From positions 9,746-73,745 of the forward strand of contig MCFE01000445.1 of NCBI GenBank assembly GCA_002104905.1: a DNA stretch of 64,000 nt, written 5' to 3'. The stretch is from Basidiobolus meristosporus CBS 931.73 (taxonomy: Eukaryota; Fungi; Basidiobolomycota). Under the pieces are notes generated by a model, which did no database searches, had not been told where the DNA came from, and saw only the letters and a list, made by a program, of their open reading frames with translations. Shown piece after piece: positions 28,893-41,126 of this stretch (position 1 is its first letter; every line of letters begins with the position of its first letter). The position numbers and the translations under genes are program-made.

Positions 28893-31800
28893 TTACTGTC
28901 GAATAGCACTCTGCGCAAGTATTGTCAATAGCAATTATATTTTCTCCCAACCTCTTCACACGGCCTCGCCACCCCTCCTCAGCCATATATAGAACTCTGG
29001 TTGGGCCCTGAGTCCAATCCTCGTTGTAATTATTCACCCTGGTCTAACCTAGTTGACTTGCTTCTTGGTCTGTTAGCTTTGTAGCATACTACCCTCTCTC
29101 TTTTAGTCCTTGTCACTTATCTACAACCTATCTGATTTTTTCCTGCCATGCTATATTTTATTTCCATTTGTGTCAATGGCATGTGTCTCATTGCGCTTAA
29201 TAAATTCTGATCATCTCATAATCCATCCGTGCTTCTCGCCTATACATCCGCAAGAAAACCCAGTCTTGCTACGGATGGACTCCAGTCGAAAGCAGACCAG
29301 CAATTCCAGTTGCCTAAACCAAACCATGGAGAACCTTACTCCCCACGAATTGGGATGGCCACGAGTCTCGGAATTTATTGAACTTACTAATTCTCCTACA
29401 TATGTTCTCAAGCCTTCCTCTCGCCAGCTTGAGCAGAGTCTTAACAAAATGGGAATCTAGGCATGGATTGCGACCAAGAAACTTCCAAGCATCATTAGCA
29501 AACATACCAAATTAGGGAATGACATATCGATGTATCCCTTTTTGGAACCCAATGTATTTTTATGTCTGGGACTCACATTGTATATATATATTGTGGTGGT
29601 TCTAAAAGGATGTTCAGCGTAGGGGTACTCATGCTTTTGGGGTGCTGGGATGGCCGGATTACCATACTGAAACCCCGACCCCGAAGGAACCTTCACTGGT
29701 GAAAATGACCAATTTCGTGGAATCACGATTACTGGCACCACCTGCGACCATTTGCCGTTCGACTACACATGAATCAGCATCAAATTAGTGCAGTAGCCTG
29801 TGAGGCAGGGCTAGTCAATCATACTGCAGACAAGACCAGCTCACTGATCCTGGAATGATCCAGCCATGATTTCCATGACTTGCAATGACCATCGGCAGTT
29901 TGGGCATGCGCTGAGGATGATCTGGTTCATATGAATGAGACTGGGAGTAGTTGGGTCCTGATACATGGCCTTCATTGCTCTCAGGCGTCTGATGGACCCA
30001 GTGATTAATATCCATTGCCTTAGACATTTCCGGGCCCCTCAGAGCAAATCACATCCTGTAGCATCTGGCGCTTCCGCCTTGGATTGGTGCTGAGGGGCAA
30101 ATATCACTCTCCTAAATTATGGATCCAGGGTTGATGCACACCAGCCATTGCAAAACAAAGTGTGGAATTGCTGGTGTGCATCCGGATTTGATACAAACCT
30201 CTTGTGCTGTATCGCATTTGGTGCATTTCCACCAACCTTTGGTACATGTCTGTGCCTGAAACAGCGGGTCTCCATGCTCGCTTGATGTAGCCATAGTTGA
30301 CGTCTGAAGATTTCAAGTGGCCAAGGTTAAGATGCCTGTGTTGATGCATCCCAAAAACATTCATTAGTAAGTGCCACACATGCCATGTAGCACTTATCAC
30401 CACCCATGACGGTGCCCAAAACGTAGCCTATAGCCTGGGACAACACCGGTTACAGTAGAGTTGTCGGATGGTGTAAATCACGTCTCTCGAAATGGGATGT
30501 GGGCCATCCAGGATGTTTTAGACACCAACGTCGCCAATTCAGCAGTATATACAAGGATAAAGACTCATTAGTTACTGCATACTCAAAGGTTTCCACCAGC
30601 CACCATCCGGGCTCCCCTGATCTGTCTCTCAAGATCCACTGCGCTTCGGACGTTAGTTCTTTGATAAATGTACTAGCGGCTTGGGCGGGGCAGGCGGCTA
30701 GGGATGCGAGAGGTACCGGCCATGCATCGTCCTCCCACACAACCTTTTCACATCCAGGCTCGATGGCTGATCGGATATCTCTATGGTTTGTTATTTTCCC
30801 CAGAGGCATGAGGCCAGTGGATATGCACTCCCATAGATGTTGGGCAGCCTATGGAATATCGATGGAGGGCAATTGATCTCCTTGGACGAAACCCATCTTC
30901 GAAATCAAATGGCCTATGATGTCTTGATGAAACCTGTGTCTTACCTGTACACAGCGCAAATGGTCTTACCAAATACATCCAGAAAAGTACAAGCGCACTT
31001 GTCTAAGCCATGGGCACATTGCGAACCATCCACCTACTTCTCTAGAGATTCAGGCCATATGGTCAGCTTGACCTATCCAAATGATGAAATCACCCAGGAA
31101 ACAGCATGCGTCGGTCTCCTCTGATGCATACATATATATATGTGAATCCAACCCGGATCTACACAATAACGTAGGCATATGCCCCAGACAAAGCAACATA
31201 TTACATTGGAGATGTGGTGCTTATGGGTCTCTCAGCGCTTCTCTGGATCCGAGTTAGCCTAGCCTAAGAGACGAGTGATTATCGACTTCAGTAGTGCTAT
31301 GCCCCCCTGTATATATACACGGTGATCACAGAGGGGCTGGGGACCACAAGCGGGCCACTCTCTAGAGTAGCAGTATTGAGATTCACAAATCCAGCGAATG
31401 TACTTGAATATCCACCCTAGTTTGTTGCATAAAAAGCTAGCATTTGGAAACGGGTGGTAGTACAAATATCACATTACTGACACAGGAATGGGCTTTGACT
31501 CCCTCTTTGTGATGCTTTTCTTGGCCCTATCTGTGCTTGCCATGGTCTTGGGAATTTGCCTACTAAATGCCACTCTCTGATAAGGTTGTTCCAAATGACG
31601 AGGCATCCGAGCCATTTGGCTCTCTCCGGTAGCACCTAGGGGCATTTCAAACTGAGGTAGCAATTTGTACTCAGTGCTTATCAAGGAATTGATGACGTAT
31701 AATAATGGTTGTATTAAAGCCAAGGATCAAGTTTAACAAGTCAGCACTGGATTCCCCCTTGACGAGTATCAAAGTCGACGTATTAGGAAAGTTTGTAATT

Positions 31801-32036
31801 TAGCTTGCCAGACAAGTGATGGGCATGGATGCGATCTCATTACTATCTTGGTGATGATTAGAGACTTGCGAGGATGCAAATAGGGGTTTAGAGTAGTAGC
31901 CATGGTGATTGGTTGTAGTCCTACGGAGTTGCGAGATGAAGGCAAGATCTTGGGCGGTGCATAAATAGGGAGTGGAGTGTAGGCCAAGAACTACGTCAAA
32001 TCTCCTTCACTAATTCTCTAATCACCCACTTATAGA

Positions 32037-33809
32037 ATGGTGTCTACGGTTAATTCAGGCGTTAGTCAAAAGCCTGTGTCCAATACAACTCTGTTGAGTT
32101 GGAGTCAGTACCTCCATTCAATATTCGTCAGCTTCACCACCAAAACATGGTACACGTTCAACGTGTTGATATTCGGCTTACTTTCGATCACCGTCCTTCC
32201 AGTACTTTACGTGACCAAGCCGGTGTTTGACCTACTTGTTGATCGCTTTCAGAAATCTGCCTTGTATGAGCCGATCACCGATTTCTTAACCAAGAACCGA
32301 GGGTTCTTCATCCTATGCTTCGCTCTACCCTTGAGTTTTCTGTTTGATGGGTATTTCCGTCTTCGCAACTGGTACGTCCGGAAATTCCTCTCCACTCCTT
32401 ACCTGCATGACCAGCGTGTACGGGAAGTCCAGGAGCAAGTCAGACGCTGGAATCGCAATGGCCGCAAGAAGCCGATGTGTACCGCACGTCCGACCTGGAT
32501 GACCATGTCCACTCGTAATGCCACGTTTAAGAGTGATTGCTCAAGGATCAGTGTCAACTTGCACGACATCTTGGAGGTAGATACCGAGCGCCAACTCGTC
32601 CGCTGTGAGCCCTTGGTGGACATGGGCCAGTTGTCCGCTCATTTGACTCCTATGGGCTACCAACTTGCCCTGATGATTGAGATGGAGGATCTGACGGTTG
32701 GCGGATTATTGATGGGCGTTGGCATTGAGGTCAACTCACATAAGCATGGATTCTTGACTGACACAGTTGAATCGTACGAGCTCGTACTAGGTGATGGCTC
32801 TTTAGCCCGTGCCTCCCGCACGGAGAATGCCGATCTTTTCTACGCTCTCCCTTGGAGTCATGGAACACTGGGATTTCTGGTTTCAGTAGAACTCAAGATC
32901 ATTCCATGTCAGTCCCACATGCACCTCACCTATATCCCTTGCCATTCCCAAGATGAGATGGAGGAGAAGATCACCGCACTCACCCAGTCACCAAACGGCC
33001 CCAACTTCGTTGAGATGACCATCTTCAGCAAAGACACCGCAGTAATCATGACCGGTGAGTTTGACACGGTAGATACCTCGGAGAAGAAGGCAAAGGAAAA
33101 TCATGTCAATTACTGGTGGAAGCCATGGTTCTACAAACACACCGAGACCGCCCTAACCAAGGGCACCTTTGATGAATACATCCCGCTCCGGCACTACATC
33201 CACCGTCACACGCGGAGTATTTTCTGGGAGCTTGAGGACCTGATTCCATTCAGTAACCACTGGGCCTACCGTTATTTCCTTGGTTGGTTAGGTGCACCCA
33301 AGGTATCGTTCGTTAAACTGACGTACACGGAGAAGATTCGTAAGGAGATTGCTTTCAAACATGTGGTCCAGGATGTCATGGTTCCTTTGTCTGAATTGAA
33401 GAACGCGATTGATCTATTCGATGAGATATTCGCTATCTACCCGTTGCTGTTCTATACCGTCCGCGTCTACAACAAGCCTGAAGGCTTGTCTGGATTCGTG
33501 CGCAATCCACGAAACACTCTGCCTAACACCGACCCAGGGTACGATATTTTCTTCGACTTGGGTGCCTATGGCATCCCTCCCGCAGTGAAAGCCAACAAGG
33601 CTTGGGACGCCATCGCTGCAGTTAGAAAAATGGAGAAATTCACCAGAGACGTGGGCGGTTATCAGATGATGTACGCGGACAACTTCATGAACCGCGAGGA
33701 GTTTGAAGAGATGTTCGACCACACACTCTACCGTAAAGTACGCGAGAAGTACAATGCGGTGGGAGCGTTTCCAGAATTCTGGGACAAAGTCAAAGGCGGC
33801 CAATGGTAG
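32037..33809 (+). CDS. DHCR24: Delta(24)-sterol reductase (DHCR24/DIMINUTO-DWF1 family FAD oxidoreductase), intronless, 590 aa
   Basis: Colinear with DHCR24: LPLSFLFD, P.LHDQRVREVQEQVRRW, MCTARPTW, LHDILEVDTERQLVRCEPLVDMGQ, EDLTVGGLLMGVGIEVNSH, DLFYALPWSHGTLGFLVSVELKIIP, VNYWWKPWFYKH, IPLRHYIHRHTRSIFWE, FPEFWDKV. Confidence 0.95.
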   Translation: MVSTVNSGVSQKPVSNTTLLSWSQYLHSIFVSFTTKTWYTFNVLIFGLLSITVLPVLYVTKPVFDLLVDRFQKSALYEPITDFLTKNRGFFILCFALPLSFLFDGYFRLRNWYVRKFLSTPYLHDQRVREVQEQVRRWNRNGRKKPMCTARPTWMTMSTRNATFKSDCSRISVNLHDILEVDTERQLVRCEPLVDMGQLSAHLTPMGYQLALMIEMEDLTVGGLLMGVGIEVNSHKHGFLTDTVESYELVLGDGSLARASRTENADLFYALPWSHGTLGFLVSVELKIIPCQSHMHLTYIPCHSQDEMEEKITALTQSPNGPNFVEMTIFSKDTAVIMTGEFDTVDTSEKKAKENHVNYWWKPWFYKHTETALTKGTFDEYIPLRHYIHRHTRSIFWELEDLIPFSNHWAYRYFLGWLGAPKVSFVKLTYTEKIRKEIAFKHVVQDVMVPLSELKNAIDLFDEIFAIYPLLFYTVRVYNKPEGLSGFVRNPRNTLPNTDPGYDIFFDLGAYGIPPAVKANKAWDAIAAVRKMEKFTRDVGGYQMMYADNFMNREEFEEMFDHTLYRKVREKYNAVGAFPEFWDKVKGGQW

Positions 33810-34124
33810 CGAGGACATTTAGTGTAGGCGCCCTTCAAAATTCCTATTTATCTCTTTCACCCATCTCTACAATAAAGCTATTCACATAATTTCCCAACCA
33901 ACCATTCAGCCTGAAAAGGAGATCTGCTTGGAGATACTGCTCTCCATCCTATTGACATACTTGGTAATCCTCTGGTCCCAAACCAGGGAATGTGCAACGT
34001 TTGCTACCTGCTGCAGAGTAGTAGCGATCCTTGATCGGCGCTGAAACATGCGTTTATTTGGCTCACTCAACAATGAATTAAATGGTTGGGGGAGAATGGA
34101 AAAGGATAAACGGGATTGAACAGA

Positions 34125-36522
34125 TTAGCCAGATTTGCGACTGATCAAGCCCTTCATCATGTCGAAACTGTTGCCGTCCGGTTGCAGTGTGTAAATCTGC
34201 TGTTGATCCATGTTATTTTCATCAACAGCTACAGTCTCCAAAAATCCGTAATCGTGTGTAATTCCAATAACTCTGACTCGAGCGTTATCATGCTCTTGCA
34301 GTGTGATAATCTTATGGCTATCAAAAAGGTGTAAGCAGTAGATAGAATGAGGGAGCCATTATTACTGAGCGTACCTATGCAACCACCTCTTGTAGTAAAG
34401 CTCCAAGAAGGGAACGAAGCCATTTCCGTTTTCGCAGAACCTATTGTAGAAATGATTAAATGTGGCGAAGATGGATGCAGCCAACTCTTCTTGTGAGAAT
34501 AGGGGAAGCTTTGAAAGATGGTGCTCGTTGTAGCATTCAATAAGTCGGTTGATGGAGGTGGTGGGGTAGGAGTTGTCTGCGTTAACGCCCGCGCCTAAAA
34601 CAATTGAACAGATTAGATTGACATTATCGAAAGCCTCTCGAAAAGCATAGTAAGGGAGGTTTCATTACCAGCAACAAGTTCAAACTCGTTATTGCTAAAG
34701 CTGGAGTTCACTAAGATTCCCGCAATCTTGACATATTTGGGTTCACTTGTGTACATAGTTTCCGGTGTAGCAGCATAAACATCGTTGGGCCACTTGATTC
34801 GTATGGGGATATCCTAAGATTCACCATGTGTTAGTTTGGCGCTTTGATCCGATTCGTGGGTTGTTGCGTGCCAACCTCATAGCCAGATTTTGCTCTCACT
34901 GCCTCCACAATGGCAAGAGAGAGTAGATATTGCACAAATATAGCCGAGCCAGTAGACTTCAAAGGATGGCGGAGAAGAAGTGAAAACTGGAGACAGCCAG
35001 GTGGAGACACCCAAGAATTCTGCCCGCGACCTTTGATCATATTCAATTAGTACAGAAAGAAACGCCTGCTTACAGATTCATCTTACCTTTGCCTGATAGC
35101 TGTTTGGTGCCCAAGCAAACCACGCCATTAGGTAGGTTGCTAGCAAAGACGGGGTTTCTGGAGCATGGGGTTAGCTATATACTGTGCTTGGAAGCCATTT
35201 TCAAACAATCCCTACTTTGTTATCACCGTTTGCGTTGAGGTGATTACTTCAGAATACATCAAATACGATCCGAACTGGGAAGTTATGGGACTGGCTTTCA
35301 AGCGCACCCATTCCTTCTGAAGCTTCTCGAAGTATTCGTTGATGTTGAACTCGGGCGTGAAAGAGGATTTAGGGGGATTTCTATGGCAAGTAATGATGGT
35401 CTTCTCGTTCTCTTCGACGCTTACTTTCATCCCTGCTACCTCGCTAGTGATGTCGTCTTTGAATACGAAATTGAAGGTGTCTGCAATATCCTTAAACTTA
35501 TTCTCCTTGTCAGATAAATCTTGGAAGCGCTTTGATACAGGTTCCATAGCACTTGATGGTGTGGAACAGAAGTATATCGGTGTTGGATCAGGAAGGACGA
35601 ATCCACACTGGTTCAGAGTCAAACCAACTTGAGAAAAGAGTGCACGCATCAATGCCTCTCTACCAGTCTCATGCTCACTAAGCTCATCTATCAGCTGAGG
35701 CTTTTCGTATTGCTTGGGGTTAAATCTTTCAGACGAGTACTCTGGATGGACTCCTGTGAGAATCGCTGCTCCTTTTCCGACCTGACATTTGACTATAGCT
35801 GGCTTTGGTTCGGAGTTTCCTATTTTTTCATACCACGCCAGCACCTTGGTATTCTGGTGCTGGTACGGCTTAGCGAAATAACCACCACCGTTGTAATACA
35901 CCTTCAGCTTTCGTGGTATTTCTTTGTTCCCGAAGGCAAATACGGGGTCGAGCTCTATGGAGGCAGCTTTGGCGCCTGCTTCACTGTCATAAACGAAGCC
36001 AGGATACACACATCCTCTGCAGCAGCCTGGGTAGAATTTCAACTCTCGCTCACCTAGCACTTCCAGGCTTGTCCCTTTTTCAAACTCCACTTCGGCTGAG
36101 CCGTAGTACCCGCCAGCACAAAAGCCCAGGTAGTTTCCACCTTCGTTCACAAACTTCTTGATGCGATCATTCACTACCCCATCAAGATCACGGCAATAAG
36201 GTAGATCTCTTCCACCAGGAATAACGACCAGAGCAGTCTTGTCTTCCCAGGGCTCATCGCGTAACACCTTCTTATCAACTTTCGTGACAGCGTAATGGTC
36301 GCCTAGGAGTTTCTTTAGACAGAATTCTGTTTGTTGAAGAGATGCGGGTGAGGTGCCCTCGCCCGAGTATAGTAGAATATTCATATTGGAGGTGTGTTCA
36401 GCTGGGGCGGTGATGGCCAAGGGAAACAGGTGCTGTCTGCTCACAGAGGAGGTTACGATAAATCGAGAAAATAGCGAATTCTTGAAGCCTGAATTAAGGA
36501 AATGTTGTCTTACTCGAATCAT
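34125..36522 (-). CDS. BPL1: Biotin-protein ligase / holocarboxylase synthetase (BPL_N GATase-like + BPL catalytic domain), multi-exon
   Basis: MNILLYSGEGTSP, LVVIPGGRDLPY, GGNYLGFCAGGYYG, ILTGVHPEY (BPL_N); SEVITSTQT, QLSGKG/RGQNSWVSPPGCLQFS, IKWPNDVY, KIAGILVN, LQPDGNSFDMMKGLI. ATGs at 36384 and, in frame, 36522. Confidence 0.95.
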
Positions 36523-37462
36523 TCAAAATTCATAATTTTCTAACTTGGGGCTTCGTCCCATTCATTGGCACCCATGTTTTTCGAGGAACCTTTTATATCT
36601 CTCATCCTTCTCGACGAATCTAACCCTTGAATCCTATTGCCCGCAATGACCATTTCCATGGAATTTTTTGGAATGAAATGGCCCTCGAGATCCTGAGTGG
36701 CTTAGTGTCAGGGCAATCATGGCTATGAGTGAATGGATCACCAATATTTCCCAAGCTCCCTTGACTTTCTCACAATGCCAAATGCGATTGGACCAGCTTG
36801 ACAAGCCAATTTATCCGTTCTCGCTCACGCTCCACCACTTCCCTGGTTTCCCAGTGACCCACCGATACCGGCTGCCGCGTTCACTTCGTTTCAAGCGTGG
36901 TACATATACAGCTTGAGCATCAGACGTTTACACGCTTTAAATGATGCACTTGGGAACGTACTGGGGTGGTCGAGGACTAGTGAATTCATTAGATTTACGG
37001 TGGCGTTCAATTTCTCTCTCAAACACGGCAGCCTTCCTTCTAGATTGCGTAGGTGGTGCGGATGCCGATGCACCATTTTCGGGCTAACCTTGTACTACAT
37101 ACTGGCACTTATCCCGTTATATTCACATTCATAGATGGCTTTCATATGAATACATCTGGGGCTATTGCTGAAGCAGCTGATCCCAATCGGAGAGTTGCGC
37201 AGATCTTGTTTAGAGTCATTCTTTTAATTCGAAAGACCGGTAAAATTAGGACACTCTACAAATGGGATTATTGTTCCAAAAAAAAAAGTGGATTTAGACA
37301 GTAGCATAGCCGAAGAATGACAAAGGAAAGTGCGCTAAACGAGCTACATAGGGGTGGGTAAGACTGATCGAGGGGGAGGGGGGGGGGTTCTTTACATAAA
37401 CAACGGTTGGTGATTGCTAGCAGTGGTGAGTTGTGTAGTAGTGCGGATATAATGTGTATCAT

Positions 37463-40177
37463 TTATTCCTTTCTAATGCCATGTATCCCAAAGTCCATAA
37501 CTTCAAACCATGTTTGGCCTTGTCTTTGCACCGCTGCAACACATCGTCGGTGATCAAACTGAACCTGCCAGACTCCGCTTAACCCTTGTATCAGGTCACG
37601 GATCAACCTTCCGGTACGTATATCCCACATTTTTAAGGTACCGTCAGAGCCTGAGATAACCTTATTTCCATCATGCTGGAAGCATGTGATGGCGCCCGTA
37701 TGTGCCGACAAAACGTTAAGACATGTACCGTCGTTAGGGGACCAAATGCGCAAAGTGGAGTCCGCAGCGGCTGACACCAAGTAATCGGGAGTGAGATTTA
37801 GCAGGCCCACCAGCGATGAATGACCTGAATGAACACAGCGAGTGAGTATTGGGAAAATTCAAGTGCAACGGTAAAATCAATATCACCTTCCAGTACATGC
37901 AAGCAGCTGCCGTTCTCTAGACTCCACACGCGGACTTTGAAGTCCATACTGCCACTCATGCATCTATTTCGTTCACGGTCCAAAACTACACTATATACTT
38001 TTTGAGTGTGCCCAACCAAGCGCCATATATTCTCCCCAGTCATGAGATTCCATACTCTGACCGTACAGTCATAGCTTCCACTGACAACTAAGTTTCCATG
38101 TCCAGCCAGGGCTCTCACTGAGTGTGTGTGGCCAGTGAGCGTATGTAATAGGTATGGGTTGTTTGCAGAGGAGGTGATGATGGGATAGTTCGCTGATGAA
38201 GAATGGCCCGGATTGAACTCGGGTGTGGGGAGCCTCCAAACACGAAGGGTGGAGTCCCTGGAGCCAGTCACAATGACCGGAAATGGTGGCTCCATGATAG
38301 GGTCTCCATTGGGGTCGGGATTCACGTTGGTGGGGACAACGATTTGCAAGCACCGGACAGTGCTTGTGTGGCCATGAAATACGTGTGTACATAGCCCTTT
38401 TTCGACGTCCCAGACTCGAACTGTACGATCTGTAGAGCCAGATACCAAAGTGTTCTGTACATATTGAAGAGCCCAAACTCCTCCATCGTGACCAATCAGC
38501 CGTGTTCTCAGTTGGCCAGATTTTGTGTCATAGATATTTATACATTGATCGTCAGACCCGGACACAATCTTATCGGAATCGAACTGCAAGCACGTAACAA
38601 CATGACTTCCATGTCCTGGGAAAGAGAACGTTGAAGCTCGGCCATGGAGCCAGTTTTGGTGAAGTAGGTGATGTCTTCGGTAGATATGTTTGTAGCTGTG
38701 TTGCCACGATTCCTCGCTGCAGGCTCCAATGCTACGTTGCGACAGACGGGTTCTCTGGCTGAGGCTAGGTTGTAACCGAGAGCTTCGTAAGGTCTTGCGG
38801 GTAGGGGCTCCAGAGCTCGTGGAATCGGTGGAAGATGAGGCTACAGAGTTGGATTTTTGGGGCCTTGAGCTTGACATCAGAGGAGATATCTCGAAATCAT
38901 CATAATTGGTTCGCTGGTCCGAGTCAAAGAAGTATGAAGAGAGAGAGTCGGGCTCCTCGACATTGTGTCCATGTGGCGATACCGTTTCCCCTGTGGCTTC
39001 CTGGCCAAGCTCAATTATGCTCTGCGTACTGGCCGAGTCCAATCGATCAACTGCTTTTGAAGACAGTAAACGACTATGTTGAGGATGGTCAGGAGAGCTG
39101 AGGCTATCCATGATGTCACTTTGAAAGTCGTTCTTAAATGAATTTATGCTTTCAAATCTATGGCGCTGATTGCTCTGCGATAGGGTGCCGAGGTCATCCT
39201 CGTCCATATGGTATCCGTCTCTATCCATCAGTCGTTTCCAGGTGCTTGGTTCCGAGTCAACTACATGTCGCCAACGGCGGCTTACTTGCGCCGCACGGCA
39301 CAAGCTGCGACTATCTAAGAATCCGACAATCTTGAGCGCGATTTCAAATGGTAGATCTCCCAAGATATCTCTCCGTAGTGTTGGTAGGATTAGTGAGCTG
39401 ACATATTGCAAGGTAGAGGTAGGGCATCGTTTCAGCATCTGGAATAGCAAGTAGGATTGCAGCGTATGCGGAAGATTGTCAAAAACACTCAGCACTCCGT
39501 TCACTTCCGATTCCCCAAAGAAAGAGCTGTCGTCTATTTCGTAATCATCGAAATAGCTAGGATTGCGAACAGCAGAGAATGTAGGGGAGAGACAGGGAGA
39601 AGGAAGAGCTGGCTGATTAGAGTCCGCAAGTATGCTGGCTTTGCCATCTCCGGTGTGCTTCAGTCCTTCTGGTATACGGATTGTCTTGCGCTCTAGCCGT
39701 CGTGAAGGACCACTACTAAGAGACTCGTCGACCCCAGTTGCAATCTGCTTTTCCAAGTCAGATAGCCAGGGTGTCTAGCGAAAGGAAATGAGAGTTCTAT
39801 TAGTCACTGTGCAGACAAAGAGCCAAGCAAATTGTGTTAGAGAGGCATACTTTTTTGAATGATTTATCACGAGAGCCTTTTGAGACAGATTTTAGATACT
39901 CAAGATAATGACGCTCCAGTACCGGAGGAGTAGGGGTGCCAGAGAGCGGGTATTTAGAGCTTTGAGTACGAGCAGGTAATGATAAGGTTTCGAACATTCG
40001 CAGAGATCGAGGCGAGGATCGAGGTAGAGGGGGGGCTTCTATTGCACCAAGCTCCTCCGACAATTCAATAGGGAAGCTTGTCGAGGGCGGAGTGGTTGGA
40101 AAGATTGGGCGGATGGGTGTCTGTAATAGCTCCGCAGAAGTGTGCTCATCATCTATGTGATTAGTGTGAGGTTGCAT
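37463..40177 (-). CDS. CDC4: SCF F-box/WD40 substrate receptor Cdc4/FBXW7, 3 exons
   Basis: D-domain (QSYLLFQMLKRC), F-box (DILGDLPFEIALKIVGFLD...LCRAAQVSRRW), WD repeats (GHGSHVVTCLQFDSDKIVSGSDD, GHDGGVWALQY, GHTSTVRCL, GHTQKVYSV), terminal CVAAVQRQGQTWFEVMDF. Confidence 0.95.
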
Positions 40178-41060
40178 TCGTAAGCCACAGCGTCCAAAGA
40201 AGCGTTCTCAAATGTTTAGAGTGGCAATAGATATATTAGTAGAGTAGATAAGATTATACAACGGCGTACTGGGCAGCAATAGAATATAAAGGAGGGGGGT
40301 AATCCAATGAGGGATAGATATAAAGGGATTAGGGAGTAGCTACGAATAAAGAGTCCTGTGAGGAAGGAAACGCTAAGAGGATATTTTATAGTGAGACAAG
40401 TTGATACTTAACACGCAACCAGTGGGATAAGTAAAAGCGTACGATGGAGGGATATATAAAATAAAACTGGATAACAGGGAAATTTAGGGATAGGGTGAAG
40501 TGAGAGTGAAGTGGTGAGTGGAGGGATCGGTTATACAATGTACAATCTCAAAAATGATGAAGAGGCAGATAGGGATTCCTCAATCAGCCATGGATCTTTT
40601 AAAATCAGGATGAAAGCCCCGCAGCACGTGCTTACCAACAAACCGATATGAAAGGGCAATAAAACATTCGGCTCTGTTCAAACAATGGCTCTTGCAGCCC
40701 CTTTTCCCAATGACAAGATCCATTACATACTGCTCATCGCCGGCCATTGGAGTGAAGCGCTCTTGAGAATTCCTCCGATAGAAACACCATGTGTAACACT
40801 GGTCAAGTGGTATTACGGATATGTATGCAAATATGCGCACCGAATCAATATTGACAAAGTATTGATTCCAACAATTCCATAACATGGGTGGCCATCAAGG
40901 GGTATGCCAACTTCATTTCCTACAAACTCTTGGCCTGCCTTTCCACCGCCTGCATGCTAAGCATTGTTTCTCCCTTGGACTCGATTGTTTTCATTGTCGA
41001 AAGACACAAGCCGTTGCAGCGTGTACACAGAGGTCCCTTTGTTGACGATGTCATGATTCA

Positions 41061-41126
41061 AAAACACCAACAAACCAATCTGGTTACCATAAAACACCAA
41101 CAAACCACCCTGGTTACCACAAAACA
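41061..41126. repeat. 30-bp minisatellite, ~2.2 copies
   Basis: aaaacaccaacaaaccaatctggttaccat / aaaacaccaacaaaccaccctggttaccac / aaaaca. Confidence 0.8.

Noticed and set aside
33414-33818. 134-aa minus-strand ORF, and similar ORFs at 35629-36057, 53488-53940, 56823-57245, 59396-59833
   Set aside because: Antisense shadows of real coding sequences.
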